64,000 nt of DNA from Callorhinchus milii. Its lineage: Eukaryota. Within the stretch, counting starts at the first letter, position 1. The number at the start of each line of letters is the position of its first letter. The stretch covers positions 16,988,001 through 17,052,000 of the forward strand of contig NW_024704752.1 of assembly GCF_018977255.1 (NCBI RefSeq). The letters run 5' to 3'. A program made the translations under genes and the position numbers. Below are positions 47,588 through 61,109 of the stretch, one piece after another. Below the pieces are notes generated by a model. That model searched no databases. It was given only the letters and a program-made list of their open reading frames with translations, and was not told where the DNA came from.

Positions 47588-48674
47588 CAATAAGAAAGTT
47601 TATTAAATGAAGTTTCACTACAAGATAAGTTTCAACAACAAACCTAAGATCAAAATAGATTTTATTTGTATTTGCATCGTTTTATCTGAATTGCTGCACT
47701 GGAGAATTCAACATAAACTAGTTTTTTAGTAGAAATGTGAACAATGTTTTAAGTCTGCCTGACAATATCCCTTCAAGATTTATACGGCTCTAGAAAATTT
47801 CAAACCATGTCTGTGCTTGAATAATGTAAATTTTTAATATTTTTCACAATAATTATTATTGAAATCATCTTAAAAGTTCAGAATTTTGTGAGCCGAGTGG
47901 CAAAATGTGTTCAGTCTTCCTACACTTTTTATATAAACTTTAGAATCCCAAGAATTGCACATACATTGTAAATGATGGTTTTGTATTTAAGAAACTTTTG
48001 TAAATGTGTTGTATTGCTATTTTGGATTGAAGTTTAATTACCAGTCACATGCTAACACACTGGATTGAAAACTTGAGTAGCTCTAAATAACTTGTCGTTA
48101 ACTACTGTGATTAAGACTTCGCAGCAAAAACAAGGTAACAAATATTAAACTAGATTAGCTGTAAGCTATTTTAAATCCAATCGGTATGAGGATGGGATTT
48201 TAATACTCTCCTTGGTCGTCTGTGGAAGATAATAAATGCCTTCTCTCCACATTTTCAATGTTTGCATTGCATGTTTTTATAAAAAAAATTCAGTGCGATA
48301 TCAGCACAAAAAGAAATGTGTATTTCTCTTTTCAACCTTCTTTCCTCAGTTCCTACCCCACCCCCCAACCAAAAAGGTTCAAGAACATGAAATAATGGGG
48401 AAAAGAGCAGTCCTGACTGTGTGAGTATATCTGAAATGCAATGTGTGACATTGAGGTAATGAGTACTCACTCACAACTTTCTGTCTAACAGCTGTGGCTG
48501 ATTACCAAACTCATTGTATTCTCGCTGCTTCTGAAAATGCCCATTGCAAAGGCCCATCCTCTCTAACTCGCTAAATGATCTGTTAAACAGGATTACTCAG
48601 ACCATTTTGGGGGATTAAGATCCATCCAGAGTTGAATTCTTTGCACCCTGCAGACTGACTCCTAACCATTGAAC

Positions 48675-49648
48675 CTATCTGGCTCTGAGTCTCAGCCCTA
48701 GTCTGGTGCTGTAGTTGTCTCCAGAGAGGAAATACAGAAGAGGATTGATGCAGCTGTTGAAGCTGATGACCGGTCTCCAGATTTTGTACGCCAAGCTGAC
48801 CGTCTGCAAGATATTGCAGTCTTGTGCCAGATACGCCCGGACAAAGAGGTAAATTGTGCGGGTGATGTGAAAGGGAACAAAACAAACAGCCAGCAAGCCA
48901 CACACCAACACGATGGTGCGGATCGATTTGGTTCGCACTGGTTTCTGCAATTGTGTACTGTCTCCCGACACGATCAATGTCTTTATAATACAGCAATAAG
49001 ACAGTATGATGATCACGAAGGGGATAACAAACCCAGTCACAGTTAATACAGTGCCATAGGGTAAATAGTTGTGGAAATTATCAGGACTGGTCAGGTCATA
49101 GCACACCGTCTTGTTGGCCAGGCTGCCTGTATGTGCGTAAAGGTAAGTGGGTACAACTTGCAAACCTACCATAATCCAGGCAACGACGCAAGTCTCCACT
49201 GCCAGCCGACGTGTTCTCCACTCGATGGACTTCATGGGGAAGCAAAGCCCCAGGTAGCGATGGACGCTGATGCAGGTTAGGAATAAGATGCTCCCGTAAA
49301 GGTTAGCGTAGAAGAGAAAGCGCACAAGCCTGCACAGGAAGTCGCCAAAAGGCCACCTGTCCCTCCAAATATAGTTCAAGATGAGCAAAGGAAGAGAGCA
49401 GACGTAAAGTAAGTCCGCAACAGCGAGGTTCACCAGGTAGATAGTGCTGCAACTCCACTTGCGAGTGAGACGCCAGGATAAGCAAAGGACTGCTCCATTG
49501 AGGTCAAACCCAGGAGAAACACCAAGCTGTAGGTGACGGGTAGTAGTGTGTGTTTGTAGTCTTCATACAGAGGACAGATCGGTGAATCCAAGTCGGTGGT
49601 GAATGTGGTGGAGGCATTGAGGCTATCAGTTGTTGTATTCTCATCCAT
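48675..49648 (-). pseudogene. P2Y-like nucleotide receptor (P2Y3/P2RY6/P2RY4-related; probable GPR79 orthologue) with a single 1-nt frameshift; pseudogene or assembly error
   Basis: ATG at 49648 gives MDENTTTDSLNASTT...CPLYEDYKHTLLPVTYSLVFLLGLT. The frame shifts at 49502-49503 (ACC[C]TC AAT GGA). It then continues LNGAVL...NLAVADLLY...WPFGDFLCRLVRFLFYANLYGSILFLTCISVHRY...CFVPFHITRT...YKIWRP...NPLLYF to TAG at 48675-48677. It would be 324 aa if repaired. Confidence 0.85.
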
Positions 49649-50436
49649 TTGTTCCCTGCCTTGGTTTGGATCTTTAGGATATCTTCGCAATGCTAATGTG
49701 GGAGTTGAGTCTTCTTCAGGGTTGAGGAATAAACGTGAAGCACAGGGGGAAAAAAAGTCAAACAGAACTTAAGTCATGGTTTGTCCCATCTTGTAACGTT
49801 TGAAGATATTTGAAACAAAATAAAATCCACTTACTTTCGGTGATTCTGTCTGCAGCAAATAGTTGTGCGTTTTCCACCAAATATTAATCGATGAGCTTGT
49901 GTGAGAAGCAAGTATTGTTCAACTGCTGTTAAAGTCTTTTGCTCTGCAATGAGTTAGGGAGTTGCTATTTGTGAATGTTCCTGCGTCGGATTCTTCTGTT
50001 TATTATTCAGATTGTTGGCCATGGTCCAGACAGATATCCTATTTCAAACTGTCAATCCTAATTTCTTGACTCCAATTATAGAAATTCTTGTTTTTTACAT
50101 TCCACCTCCCCACCCCCCCCCCCCCCCCCCCCCACCCCCAAAGCTCTTCGTTTCCATTTTTGCTTGATTTCAAATGTATTTTGAAAGCTCGGTGGAGGGT
50201 TAGGGAAATCAGTGAATAAACGCTGCAGTCGCCTATTCTCAACTCAGAATGGTAATGTGACCTAGTTTATTGACAACAGTATGAGGATATCTCAAATGCC
50301 TTCACAGAGTTCACTGTAAACTGCAGTGACTATGCTTTTAGGTTTTTGTAATACGTTTCTCTTAATAGCAAACCAAAATACATTTGCGACCATTATCCGT
50401 ACTGCTGGGAAAGAGTTCTGTTTAGGCCAATGGACA

Positions 50437-50758
50437 TAATAATAATAATAATACTTGCATTTGATATAGCGCTTTTCACGTCGGGAGGACGTCCCAAAGC
50501 GCTTCACAGAACACACTGTAAAGTGAATTGACTGTATATTTGTGGGCGAACGCGGCAGCCAATTGCGCACAGCAATGTCCCACAAACAGTCGTAGATTGA
50601 AAATGACCAATTTATTATTGTTTTTGGTTTTGGAGGGATTATTATTAGGCTCTGTGTGGAGTAAGGAAACTTGCCCAAGGTTTCGCCCTCTGCCTGGAAT
50701 TGAACTCAGGTCTCTCGCTTGCAAAGCGAGTGCTCTAACCACTGAGCTACAGGACTCC
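50437..50758 (-). mobile_element. Full-length tRNA-derived SINE
   Basis: Near-identical to the copies at 31.6, 39.2 and 42.5 kb. Confidence 0.93.
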
Positions 50759-51619
50759 ACATATGCAGTAGTTCCCACAGACTGCTAATGAAAGTGAACA
50801 TCCACTGGGGAAAACTGAAAAAAAAACTGTTCTCTCCCCCGATCCCATCCTCTTCTCAAGCCAACCAGCACACATTTCCTGTTAAGCGAACAAGCTTAAA
50901 ACTGGATCTAAAAGAGTACAGCAAATGTTCTTCAATTGAATCTATTAAGATGTGCATTGGTACTATTTAATAATGACAGTGATGAATATTTCGGCATGTC
51001 CAGGCTAGAAAAGGCTTTTAAGCTAATGACACTTCTCTTTCAGCACAAAAATGCTTTCAGTCACAATGGGAAAAATCTGAATTTACCCATGGACCTAATA
51101 AATGCCTACATTAAGTTTTCCAAACGTATTTGGGGTGAAATGAGCAGCGATGGAGAAGGAATTCATTCAAGATCCCAAGTTAAAATTGAACAGATTTAGT
51201 TGTGCAGATATACAGAAAGAAAATGACATGAGATATATCTTAGCAAGCAATAGAAAAAGAAAGCCCCATTCAGCACTGTCATCCTTATGTAGGTTTTACA
51301 AAATATCTTGCTTAATTAAGCTCCATCCAGCAAATCTATCTTCTTTCTTCATGTCCTTGTACTTTTGTTCAATGTGTTTTTTTGTTCATTGTCATTGACT
51401 TCTCTGAGTATTAAGAACTGCTTAGTGGATAGAAAAACTGAGAACCATTAATCATCTCTCGTTCTCTCTCTTCGTGGCTTATACTTGACCTAAGTGTGTA
51501 ACTGATAATTGGAAACCCATGGAAACATTTCAAATTACTACTCGGATACAACCCAAATCTACTGTGTTTCGTTTTGTGGTTCATCGGGTTTGTGAAAGGT
51601 CTTTAAAAAGAGATTTTGA

Positions 51620-51920
51620 TGGGCATACACATGGGCGATAACCGGCGAATGAAAATCAATACAGATAAATGCAAGGTGCTACAAATAGGAAGTAAGAATA
51701 GTAAACACATGTACTCCATGAATAGGGAAGCTGAAAGAGATCTAAGGATATTAGTTGACAATTCCGCTCAGCATAAATAAAGGGGAGCTCTCCAGGATCT
51801 AAAGGCAGTGCATCGGAAGGCAGTGAGGATGATCCTTGATGGTAGAGGAATGAGCTATGAGAAACAATTAGATAAACGAGGACTCTTCAGTTTTGAAAGA
51901 AGACATCTCACAAGGGACCG
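51620..51920 (+). mobile_element. Degenerate CR1 LINE fragment
   Basis: NTDKCKVLQIG, ERDLRILVD and MSYEKQLDKRGLFSFERRHL-like translations. Confidence 0.7.
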
Positions 51921-51949
51921 CTTGATACCGTGACAGGAAGATGTGGAAT

Positions 51950-52215
51950 GCTGTAGCTTAGTGGTTAGAGCACTTGTCTCACAAGCGAGAGGACCTGGTT
52001 TCGATTCCCTGACAGAGCGAAACATTGGTCAAGATTCCTTAATCTGCACGCCTCCACTCGCCAAGCAGTAGGTTGGAACCAGGCTGTTAGTCGATTGGCG
52101 GATTGCTTTTCCGAGGGTAATGATGCCTTCAAACAAAAATAAATTTAAAAGGCTAAATGGTGATTTGGTCACTAAATCAACGACTGTTTGTGGACGACTG
52201 CTGTGCGCAATTGGC
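51950..52215 (+). mobile_element. Older tRNA-derived SINE subfamily copy, tail missing
   Basis: CTGTAGCTTAGTGGTTAGAGCAC head, GTTTCGATTCC B box, longer middle region shared with 63455-63712, then GCTGTGCGCAATTGGCT core. Confidence 0.8.
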
Positions 52216-54293
52216 TCAAGCTTCTCAGTTGCCTTAATTCCAAATTGAAGTGAGCACAAGCTTCCCTCTGAGTCCTTAATGCTGGTGCTGTGCAACTGAA
52301 GGTCTGTGAATGACAGTGAGTAATACTGGATAGCACGGGTGTGATAATAAAAGGTTTCTTAGCTCTCCCGTACCTAGAAACATTATTTTTATAGCTTGTT
52401 GCGTTTCAGTGGTACCTCAATAAGTGTACACGTGCTGACACTGAGCACTTGAAATGTAGAAATGGTCCACTGCCCCACTGTTGATGTCTTCCACTTTGAA
52501 CAGCACCCCCAAAAAAAAGTTAACTTACATTTAACAAGGACTTGATTGGATTAGTCACACTACCACAGAATACAAAAGAGATGAAAATTGCCTTAGGGAA
52601 TCTATAGTGAGAGAGTTAGACTTCTCTGCCTGGCAGCGAGGTTTAGCAGTGCATCCAATAAAAGCCCATTGTAGAATTCACACATACATCATAACAGCAG
52701 CCGGTTTAACAAAGGGGGAGGTTTATATTTCTGTGCGTAATTGGCTGCCGCATTTCACGCACAAAACATACCGTCGGTTCACTTCATAGCATATGCTGTG
52801 AAGCGCTTTGAGGCATCTCGAGGACGTGATAAGGCGCTGTATCAAAAGCAAAAGAACTGCAAGGGTTATTTAAGCTTTTCGTGGTGTTTTCTTTTGAGAA
52901 CAGCAATCAACATAAACGTTTGAAGGAAGAAAGCTGCGCATTGTTTGTGCATGTTTAATTTTACACAGTTATGATCATTTTAGTTTCTAAGTTCAAACCT
53001 CAGTATCGAGACATAACGTTCCAAAGGAAATCCTGATCAATACAGCAAAGGTAATCCGTTACCCCCTTCCCTCCCCCCTCTACAGTAAGATTACTCAGCC
53101 AAATGTAATTGTGAGTAATTATGGTAACAAGTGAGAGCAGAATTAATGAACTATTCGATATCTTTACTGGTGTTTGTCACTAATATGGCCACTGAGAGTT
53201 TAACGTTGAATAAACAGCCCTTTGGCAGGTTCTCTAAAGAAAGTGCTCCTGTTACTGTAAATCCTAGAGGGCTGCAAATGCAAATTTATCACTGCATATT
53301 AACATAGACACCGTCTGCCTCACACCTCTGTCTGGCACTCATTCAAGTGTTTTTTTTGCGTGATTTATCTGGGAAGTGGCGCCTCTTACTGTGTCGCGGG
53401 GAATAAAAAGCGATGTACGTGCCAAAATGTGTGTGTTGGTTCACCCAGTAATTTTTCCAGTCCTTTTTTTCGTTTAACGGCAAGAGAAGTCACTTTCCAG
53501 ATGGGTTATGAGAAGCACCACTGGGAAAGGATTCCAGATGATCCCTGCGTGCAGAGACAGTGAGAACAGATGTAATCTATTTATAAACTCTTACTGAATG
53601 GACAAGTATAAAAACTGCTGCATTTTTTCCCCTGTTTCCTTCTGTTGCTGGTATTCAGAACCATTGCATTGCTGCTTAAAAAGTTTGAATGGCAAACTTT
53701 TATACCTTTGACCTACACTCTGCGTTGAAAGAACAAAATCAATGTGTTTCTAGTGAAAAAACATTCAAGTCCAATTGTGGGTTTATAAGCTTTTCACGAA
53801 ATTGAGTTCTTATTCGGTGCAAGAGACTTTAATGTGACAGACAAAGGGACCATCTCTTTGGAGAATGCATTAGTAAGTTGTTGCTGAGCTTGTTGGAGTG
53901 AACAGTCAATACTTTTTGAACTTAAATGTGTGATTGTGGTAAGCGTGACTTCTTTTACGATGTGACTTTCACATTAAAGACGCATTTTGCTTAATGTGAA
54001 CTTGCTGAGAAAGCATTGATGACAGACCTGAAGCTTAGATTGAAAAGGTAAAAAGCTTTCTTGTGTTAATGTGGTTGATTGAGTAAAAGCACATTAAAAA
54101 CTAATTGGATTTCTTTGGTCGATGGAACCATAAAGCAAGCCATAAATAACACTCTAGGTAGCTTGCTGATGAGTGCAATCATTTTTTGTAGTTAGAAAAG
54201 CTTGTAATACACATGTTGATCTTATTTTGACAAAGTCACTGTAGTTCCTAATGTTTAACCTAATACTTTATAGCAATTCAGCACCTGAAACTA

Positions 54294-54850
54294 ATCATAG
54301 AATCATAGAATCGTACAGCACAAAAAGAAGCCATTCGGCCCATCGAGTCTGTGCCGGCTCTTTGAATATAGCAATGTAATGTCAGTCCCACTCCCCGGCC
54401 CTTTCCCCATAACCTGTAAACCCGTCCTCCTCAAATACCCGTCCACCGCGCTTTTAAAAGTAGTTATCAAATCGGCCTCGACCGCCCTTTCAGGCAATGC
54501 GTTCCAGATTCCAACAACTCGCTGCGTGAAAACATTTCTTCTCACCTCCCCTCGGCTTCTTTTAGAGACTATTTTGAATCTGTGACCTCGAGTCACCGAC
54601 ACACCCACCAGTGGGAACAGCTTTTCCCTTTCGGATCTATCAAATCCCCTTATGATTTTGAAGACCTCTATTAGGTCTCCTCGTAACCTTCTCTGCTCCA
54701 ATGGGAATAACCCTAACCTCTCCAGCCTTTCCTCATCATCAAGATCCCTCATTCCTGGTACCATCCTCGTAAATCTCCTCTGCGCCCTTTCCAATGATCT
54801 TAACATCCTTCCTATAGTGCGGTGCCCAGAACTGGGCGCAGTACTCTAAT
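54294..54850 (-). mobile_element. CR1 LINE 3' end
   Basis: LERAQRRFTRMVPG...LERLGLFPLEQRRLRGDLIEVFKI...TRGH...FTQRVVGIWNALP with an (ATTCTATG)n tail. Confidence 0.93.
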
Positions 54851-56840
54851 GATGGACACTGCCTAGAATGCTCCAGGTCAGTGTTATAAATGGAAATGCA
54901 ATCGTTTTTTATAGCCCATAGTTTAACTTCAATTTTTGTTTCAATTTTGGCTGAAACCTACTTTTAATTGAAAAATAGTTTCACTTATTATTTCACCTAT
55001 GTTTTGCCATGTCAGGCATAGTTTGTTTTTCACTATCCACTGACCTCACTCGCTGAAGACCAATGTTTCCTTGATTCCACTGTCATTCAATTTTTGTGAA
55101 AGTATTTTTGTGATAACAATGGCTATCCTACACTTTGATTTCATTTCATGGACATGCAATTATGTTGGTTCTGTCCATAGAACAAAATTATCATAATAAT
55201 AATCTTTGTATTTGATAGAGCACCTTTCATGTCCAGAGGACTTCACCAAGTGCTTCATATGATTTACTGTAAAGTATAGTGACTGTGAAGCTTTTAATTG
55301 TTTAATAGCAACAGATCATTACCACCTCCACCCTCCTGCCATCTCCAACAGAATAAGATAATTGAAGTTAATAAGAGGTAATTTTACATTAAAAGCAGAA
55401 AAAATTCATTCCAGAATTTGAGGGAGAAAAGTTATTTTTTTTTTTGGTTAATGAAATTACATTTTGCAGGAAAGCATTGAAATTCATTTTGAGAGTTATA
55501 TTTGGAGGCTAATGCTTGATCTGTGTAATGATTGTTTGCAAAGAATGGCATCTACTGTATTACAATATGCAAAGCATTGAATTACAAGTTACCATTTAGT
55601 TCAGAAAACTAAGTCTTTTAAATTTAACCAAATAACTGTTAAGGGCAGATTTTCAACTGTATTTTAATGAGCCTTATATGAGCTCTGCAAAAGTAATTTA
55701 AAGAATTAGAACGTAAAAGCTTCTTTCAACAAAAATTCTCTGCATCGGGAGGTTTATCCCATGCAGGGAGGTGGTAAGGAATATAATCTGTTATCTCAAG
55801 CATTTTAATAACTCAAATTATCTTTGTGTCTGAATAGCATAATAATCGGAATTACTCGTTTTCTCCTCGAAACATTGATTTGTGTCTAAAGCTTGAATGT
55901 TTGTGAAACTCAAATAGGAAATTCTAGTTTGTTAGCAAAAATAGACAATTGCTGCATTGCAAACCTCACTAGGTTCTATGGCATAGAGATTTTGTCGTGG
56001 CTCAACCGGACTGTTTTCATGTGTTTGCATGTGAGATCCACATACTGAGTACAATGCGGGGATGGGGTAGAATTTCACTGGTTGGTAAAATTTAACGACT
56101 TGCTATTACAAGCTTTAAAGGGGACTCTAATGATGAACACACCAAAGGCAATCGATAACTTTACCAATCCGTGGAACTTCAGGATTGCTACACAGCATCA
56201 TAGAACATTTATAGCATAGAAATAAGGCTTTCGCCCATCCATGTATGTTCTGGTGCCACCCTCGCCCACTAAAACTACTTATTCCATTCTGTTGCTAGGC
56301 TTTTCTCCCATATTCTTCAGTATTTACTTCAAGTGTTTAGTCAATAATGTTATGGACAAAACTTCAACAGCTGTTTGTTATAAAGCCATTATATGTTTTA
56401 ACTCTGTGTGAAACAAGTAGCCTTCCTTTCTTCTGTTTCCTCAATTTACATTCTCTTTTTACTGACTCCCTGATCGGTGGAAGTAATACTGCACTATGTT
56501 ATCCTATCAATGGTGATTGCACAGCATTTTGCTTTTCTTGATTAACCAGCACATCTTAGTGCCGTGTTAGTGCTGTTCTGATTACCACCTGTAATTACCT
56601 TTGACAGTAATGAACTACAAGAAGTTATGTGACGCTAAAATAGCTTTTGTGAAATGAATAATGTATGATTTCTTAGCAATAATTAAGAACTCATTTTGTG
56701 TAAGTACACACAGGAAGCTAAATGTAATTTTTCCAACAAAATGTAATCGGGTTGTGAATTTTTTTGGAAAAAATATGTACAACTTCGAAACCTTTCAGCG
56801 GATGCAACACTGGCGGATGTAAGCGGCTACAAGAAGAGAA

Positions 56841-56973
56841 TAATAATAACAATCCTTGCATTTGATATAGCGCTTTTCACGTCGGGAGGACGTCCCAAAG
56901 TGCTTCACAGAACACACTGTAAAATGAATTGACTGTATATCTGTGGGCGAACGCGGCAGCCAATTGCGCGCAC
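56841..56973 (-). mobile_element. 5'-truncated SINE
   Basis: Core plus tail hairpin only. Confidence 0.85.
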
Positions 56974-58602
56974 AGAAACTGAATTCTTGCAGCAATGAAC
57001 GTTCTGAGTGTCGATACCTAATAACTGAATTATTCATCTACCTGGATAAATCTTTATGTGCGCCTTGGTGAGGGATGGAGAATAATGCCCTTTGCACCAG
57101 TTTTATATCAAGTGCTTCCAAATGTGGAATAGACGTACAATAAAGCTGCATGTTCGTGGCCCTATGGTATGATGACACTTTCCCCATAATACCCATCCAT
57201 TTTGAGTGAGACTTTCAAATTTGATTGCGAATGATGACTTTTTTGTTATTACGCATTGTGCCCAGCAGCAGCTAAATCAAACCTGGCTGACGTGCTTCAC
57301 ATCAGAGATTTGTAGCCACCACAGAGAAGAGACTGTTGTATACACTGTACTGCTGCTCACTGATGCTATTTGTTCCAGATTTTGGTTTAGGTAAAGCAAG
57401 GAGTTTCTGATCTTGTCCAAGCCAAAAATTGTCCATCTAAATTGATTATTCACTACATGGGGCTGTTTGTGTGACATTGCTATGTGCACAAATTGGCTGT
57501 GGTTCGTTTTCTTTCAAATACGTAGACACTTGGCAGCAATTACCTGTGAAGTGCTTTGAGACATTTTGATATTATAGGTATTCTATCAAATGCAAAGATC
57601 ATTATTAAGTGTAATTGGGATTTCAGAATGGTGTGCACGGATTTAAAGCACATGATTTGAATGATTCATAGTTAAACCACATCAAAATGTTGGTTACCAA
57701 TAGCAGCATGTTTAAACAATAAGAGCTAATCTAACAGTTTCAGCTTTGGTAAGAATTGGCAATCATTCAGAGTCATTCAAAGTTGGGTGGACCAACTCCT
57801 ACCACAAAGGCAGCGTCAAATAAAAAAAAAAGCCAAAAATACACCAAAAAGCAGATAAGAACAGTGAAAGTGATCAATGGAAACAAAAGGAGGCTGTTTA
57901 TTGCAGATTTTAGAAATGTCAAGTTCTAATATGTACAGAACTAATAAAGCAATACCAGACAAAACATGACTAAAACATGTTCCTGTATTATTAGTTTACA
58001 TAAATATGAATGATCCAAATATGAATGATCTAACTTATGGCCATGTTGCCTGATAAAGACTCCATCGCTTGCTTTTAATTGAACCGCTTGCTTTTAATTG
58101 TAAGAAGAACATTACTGTAACTGTCATAATTTTGCTTGTCAGCAAATTTTAATTGCTAGGGATCTCTAAATCCCCAGCCTTAGAATAGCAGTGTTGGAAA
58201 ACTGAATATAAGGTTTGCTAATGTCCTTTGTAAGTTATCTATCACAAATGCAACAAGAAGGGCTCAGAGCAAGATGCATTACAATCGAAAAATCTAGTTA
58301 TAGCGATCGGGTAAATTGGGAATGGGTAAGGTTTCCTTCAATACATCAACTCCTATAGATGTTACGTAATACGTTTAAGAGACGATCTGCACTTGTGGTT
58401 CTGGAAGAACTAGTTTTCCCAACTAATGAAGCTAAATATTTTTCTGTTACCAATTATCTTCTCGCTATGATTCTCATCAGAAAACAATTATTGGCAAAAT
58501 GACACCAAGAAGTGGCTGTGTTCAGCCTTCCAGTATAGGGGAAATGTTAATTGTTTTTAAGGGATGTTGCATGCAGCAAACATGTTTGCTGAAGTTCTTA
58601 TT

Positions 58603-58855
58603 ACAACAACAACTTGCATTTATATAGCGCCCTTCACACAGGGTGGGGGAACTGGAACCCTTTCCTGTTTGGGGGCGCATGTAGACAGTCAACGTGGTGC
58701 CTGAAGACCTTCATTGGCTGTGCCTTCGGTCACCTCACACCCCCACCCACCCCTGCCTCAGTGCCGTGCTGCACCACTGCCCTCCGGGACGCCATCCTGC
58801 ATGAGGGGGGGGGGGGGGGGGCGGGGGCCAGATAAACACAAGTTGTTGTTGTTGA
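58603..58855. mobile_element. Two divergently oriented L2 tail remnants
   Basis: ACAACAACAACTTGCATTTATATAGCGCC (minus tail) followed by CTGAAGACCTTC...GCCTTC...(TTG)n (plus tail). Confidence 0.6.
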
Positions 58856-60267
58856 AACTGCATGATGTGTTGACGTCCACAGGATGTGGTGAAGTTTACA
58901 AAGAAAAACGTTGCTCAAACCAGTTTGTTTTTGTACTATTGCTAGAGCCTTAACCTGAATACTCACTCAGCTGGTGAGATATCCAGATTGATTACCTGGC
59001 AGGAAATGTTGGGTACTTTGTGCAAATAACACTCGAGTGAATTCGCAGCACTGTGCAAGTTGGCTGCAAGTTAACGCATCACTTAAATCTGCGCTATTGG
59101 GGCTTTCTTAATTCGCCCTCTGGAGAAGCGGTCAGAGACTGCTAAGCCAGCACTGCGGAGTAATGATTGATGTTGATTCCCAGATTAAAATGACTCCATT
59201 CTGAGCGATCAGTGGCATGAATCACAAGAACAGCAACTTCCATGTTGCCTGATAAAGAGCCAGGATGTGTGCTTGAGGACTGCCGACACCTTCAGTATTT
59301 ATGGATCAAACTAACGAGCTCAGGGATTACTTTAGTATTTATTTTCCAAAGGGTGTTGCAATCCGACACTAGTTAGCAGACATGAATGCAATCGAACATT
59401 TCACAGATTGATTTTAAGAACCTTAATGATTTTTTTTTGCTTACGACGTCTCAGTTGTTTTTTTATTCATTCCTCAGTTAGAGCGAACATGCTTTGTGCT
59501 GTGTAGGAATTGCTGTGGCCATGATCTGTTACTGAAATAGCTGCACTGAAATTATCTTAAGTAGAAATTCGGACATAGCCAGAGACAAGCTATTTGTTGT
59601 GCTTTCCTCCACGAACATATACAAGTTTACTGTGCGTGTGTAGACTGTTGTATAGAATAAGACTGCATTGATCAAGACTTCTAATTTGTTCCTGCAGGTT
59701 TATCAGGTAATATAACCTTTATTCTTGCAATTGTCCAAAGTGTTTAAAGACTACTACAAACTGCATGTGCATGTGTTGTTTCCCATAGAGAAAATCTGTA
59801 TTGTTTGATAATAACCTGGTATAGTTCATGAGATGCTCTCTTCCAAATCAAACTTGGAGTTTAAATTAATGCAGAAATTCATTAATGTTTGATTGGACTG
59901 TTTTATATTTATTGCTATTTGTTTGTTTAAGAGGATACAGTGCATTAACCTTAAACACCCCCCCTTTTCATTTATTTGCGTTTGACTGAAAGAGCACATT
60001 TTATTCACTATAATGCCAGTGGGTCATCAGGTCTGTCAGATTGAGCTGGGATGTGGGGTATCATTTCAGGATGAGCACATTTTCAATGATGGTCGGCGGG
60101 GTAGAGGGGAGAAGAGGACAATTTTGCTGCAGATAGTTTATTGTGACAAGAGGAAAACTGTATGTAATTGAGAGGTCAGTTTGCAGTCGCTGTTATTGAA
60201 CTGCTCAGTCCCATTTATTATGCAATTAAATTGAGTTTGTCCCCCCACTCCATCACAATATGCTAAA

Positions 60268-60419
60268 TGACTGTTTGTGGAACGCTGCTGTGCGTAATTG
60301 GCTGCCGCGTTTTGCCCACAAATATAGTCAATTCACTTTACAGTATATCCTGTGAAGTGCTTTAAGACGTCTCATGCATGATAAAACACTGTACCAAATG
60401 CAAGGATTATTATTATTAT
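60268..60419 (+). mobile_element. 5'-truncated SINE
   Basis: GACTGTTTGTGG...GCTGTGCGTAATTGGCTGCCGCG core with (TTA)n tail. Confidence 0.85.
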
Positions 60420-60754
60420 CCATTTTGTATTCAACCATTTTCATAGATATAAAGTGTTGAAAGCAAATTTGACATTAGATGTATCTGAAGTCCAATTATC
60501 AAAGCCACTGTTTGAGTTAAACACCCTCTGCTTGTCTTCATCTGAGCATAACTGTAGTTTTTCATCAAAACATCATTAGCAACTCTATTCCAATGTTTCT
60601 ATTTATGTCAAGGGAAGCCGCTCAAACAGCAACGATGCATTCACCAATAGGACAGACTAATGTGCTAAACAGGATTCCATTAAAACTACAATCACTGTAC
60701 TGATAGAGATGATGCATTCCTCGACAAGATCCTGACCTGGTTTGTATCGAAGAA

Positions 60755-60870
60755 GAAAAGGCAAAATACTACAGATGCTGAAAATCTGAAATAAAAACAG
60801 AAGTCACTGGGAGCACTCAGCAGGTCAGGCAGCATCTATGGAGAGAGGAAAATGAGTTAACTTTTCAGGT
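60755..60870 (+). repeat. Interspersed repeat fragment common in cartilaginous fish, class uncertain
   Basis: AAAATACTACAGATGCTGAAAATCTGAAATAAAAACAGAA...CTCAGCAGGTCAGGCAGCATCT; a degenerate reverse-complement copy lies at about 12030-12095. Confidence 0.55.
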
Positions 60871-61109
60871 TGTAGCACTTTCTGGCAAGCTTTCCCACTG
60901 CTTGTCCAGCTAGGACCACCCTACCTATTAGGGCTTGCAGCGTTAACCAGGAGACGAGTGGGATGACTCCAGTGACTGGTTTGTCTTTCCGAGTGTCTCC
61001 AATGAGCCAGGCTGTGCTGTGCTGTCATCAGCAATGCCCTGGAATACTGGAGCCAGTTCAGCTTCAAGGAGACCCTGCTTTACCCCCACCCCCCATGAGG
61101 ATTGTCACT

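Noticed and set aside
57995-58105. Short tandem duplications (AAATATGAATGATC twice; CGCTTGCTTTTAATTG twice)
   Set aside because: Two-copy slippage products, not a repeat-spacer array; nothing CRISPR-like is present.
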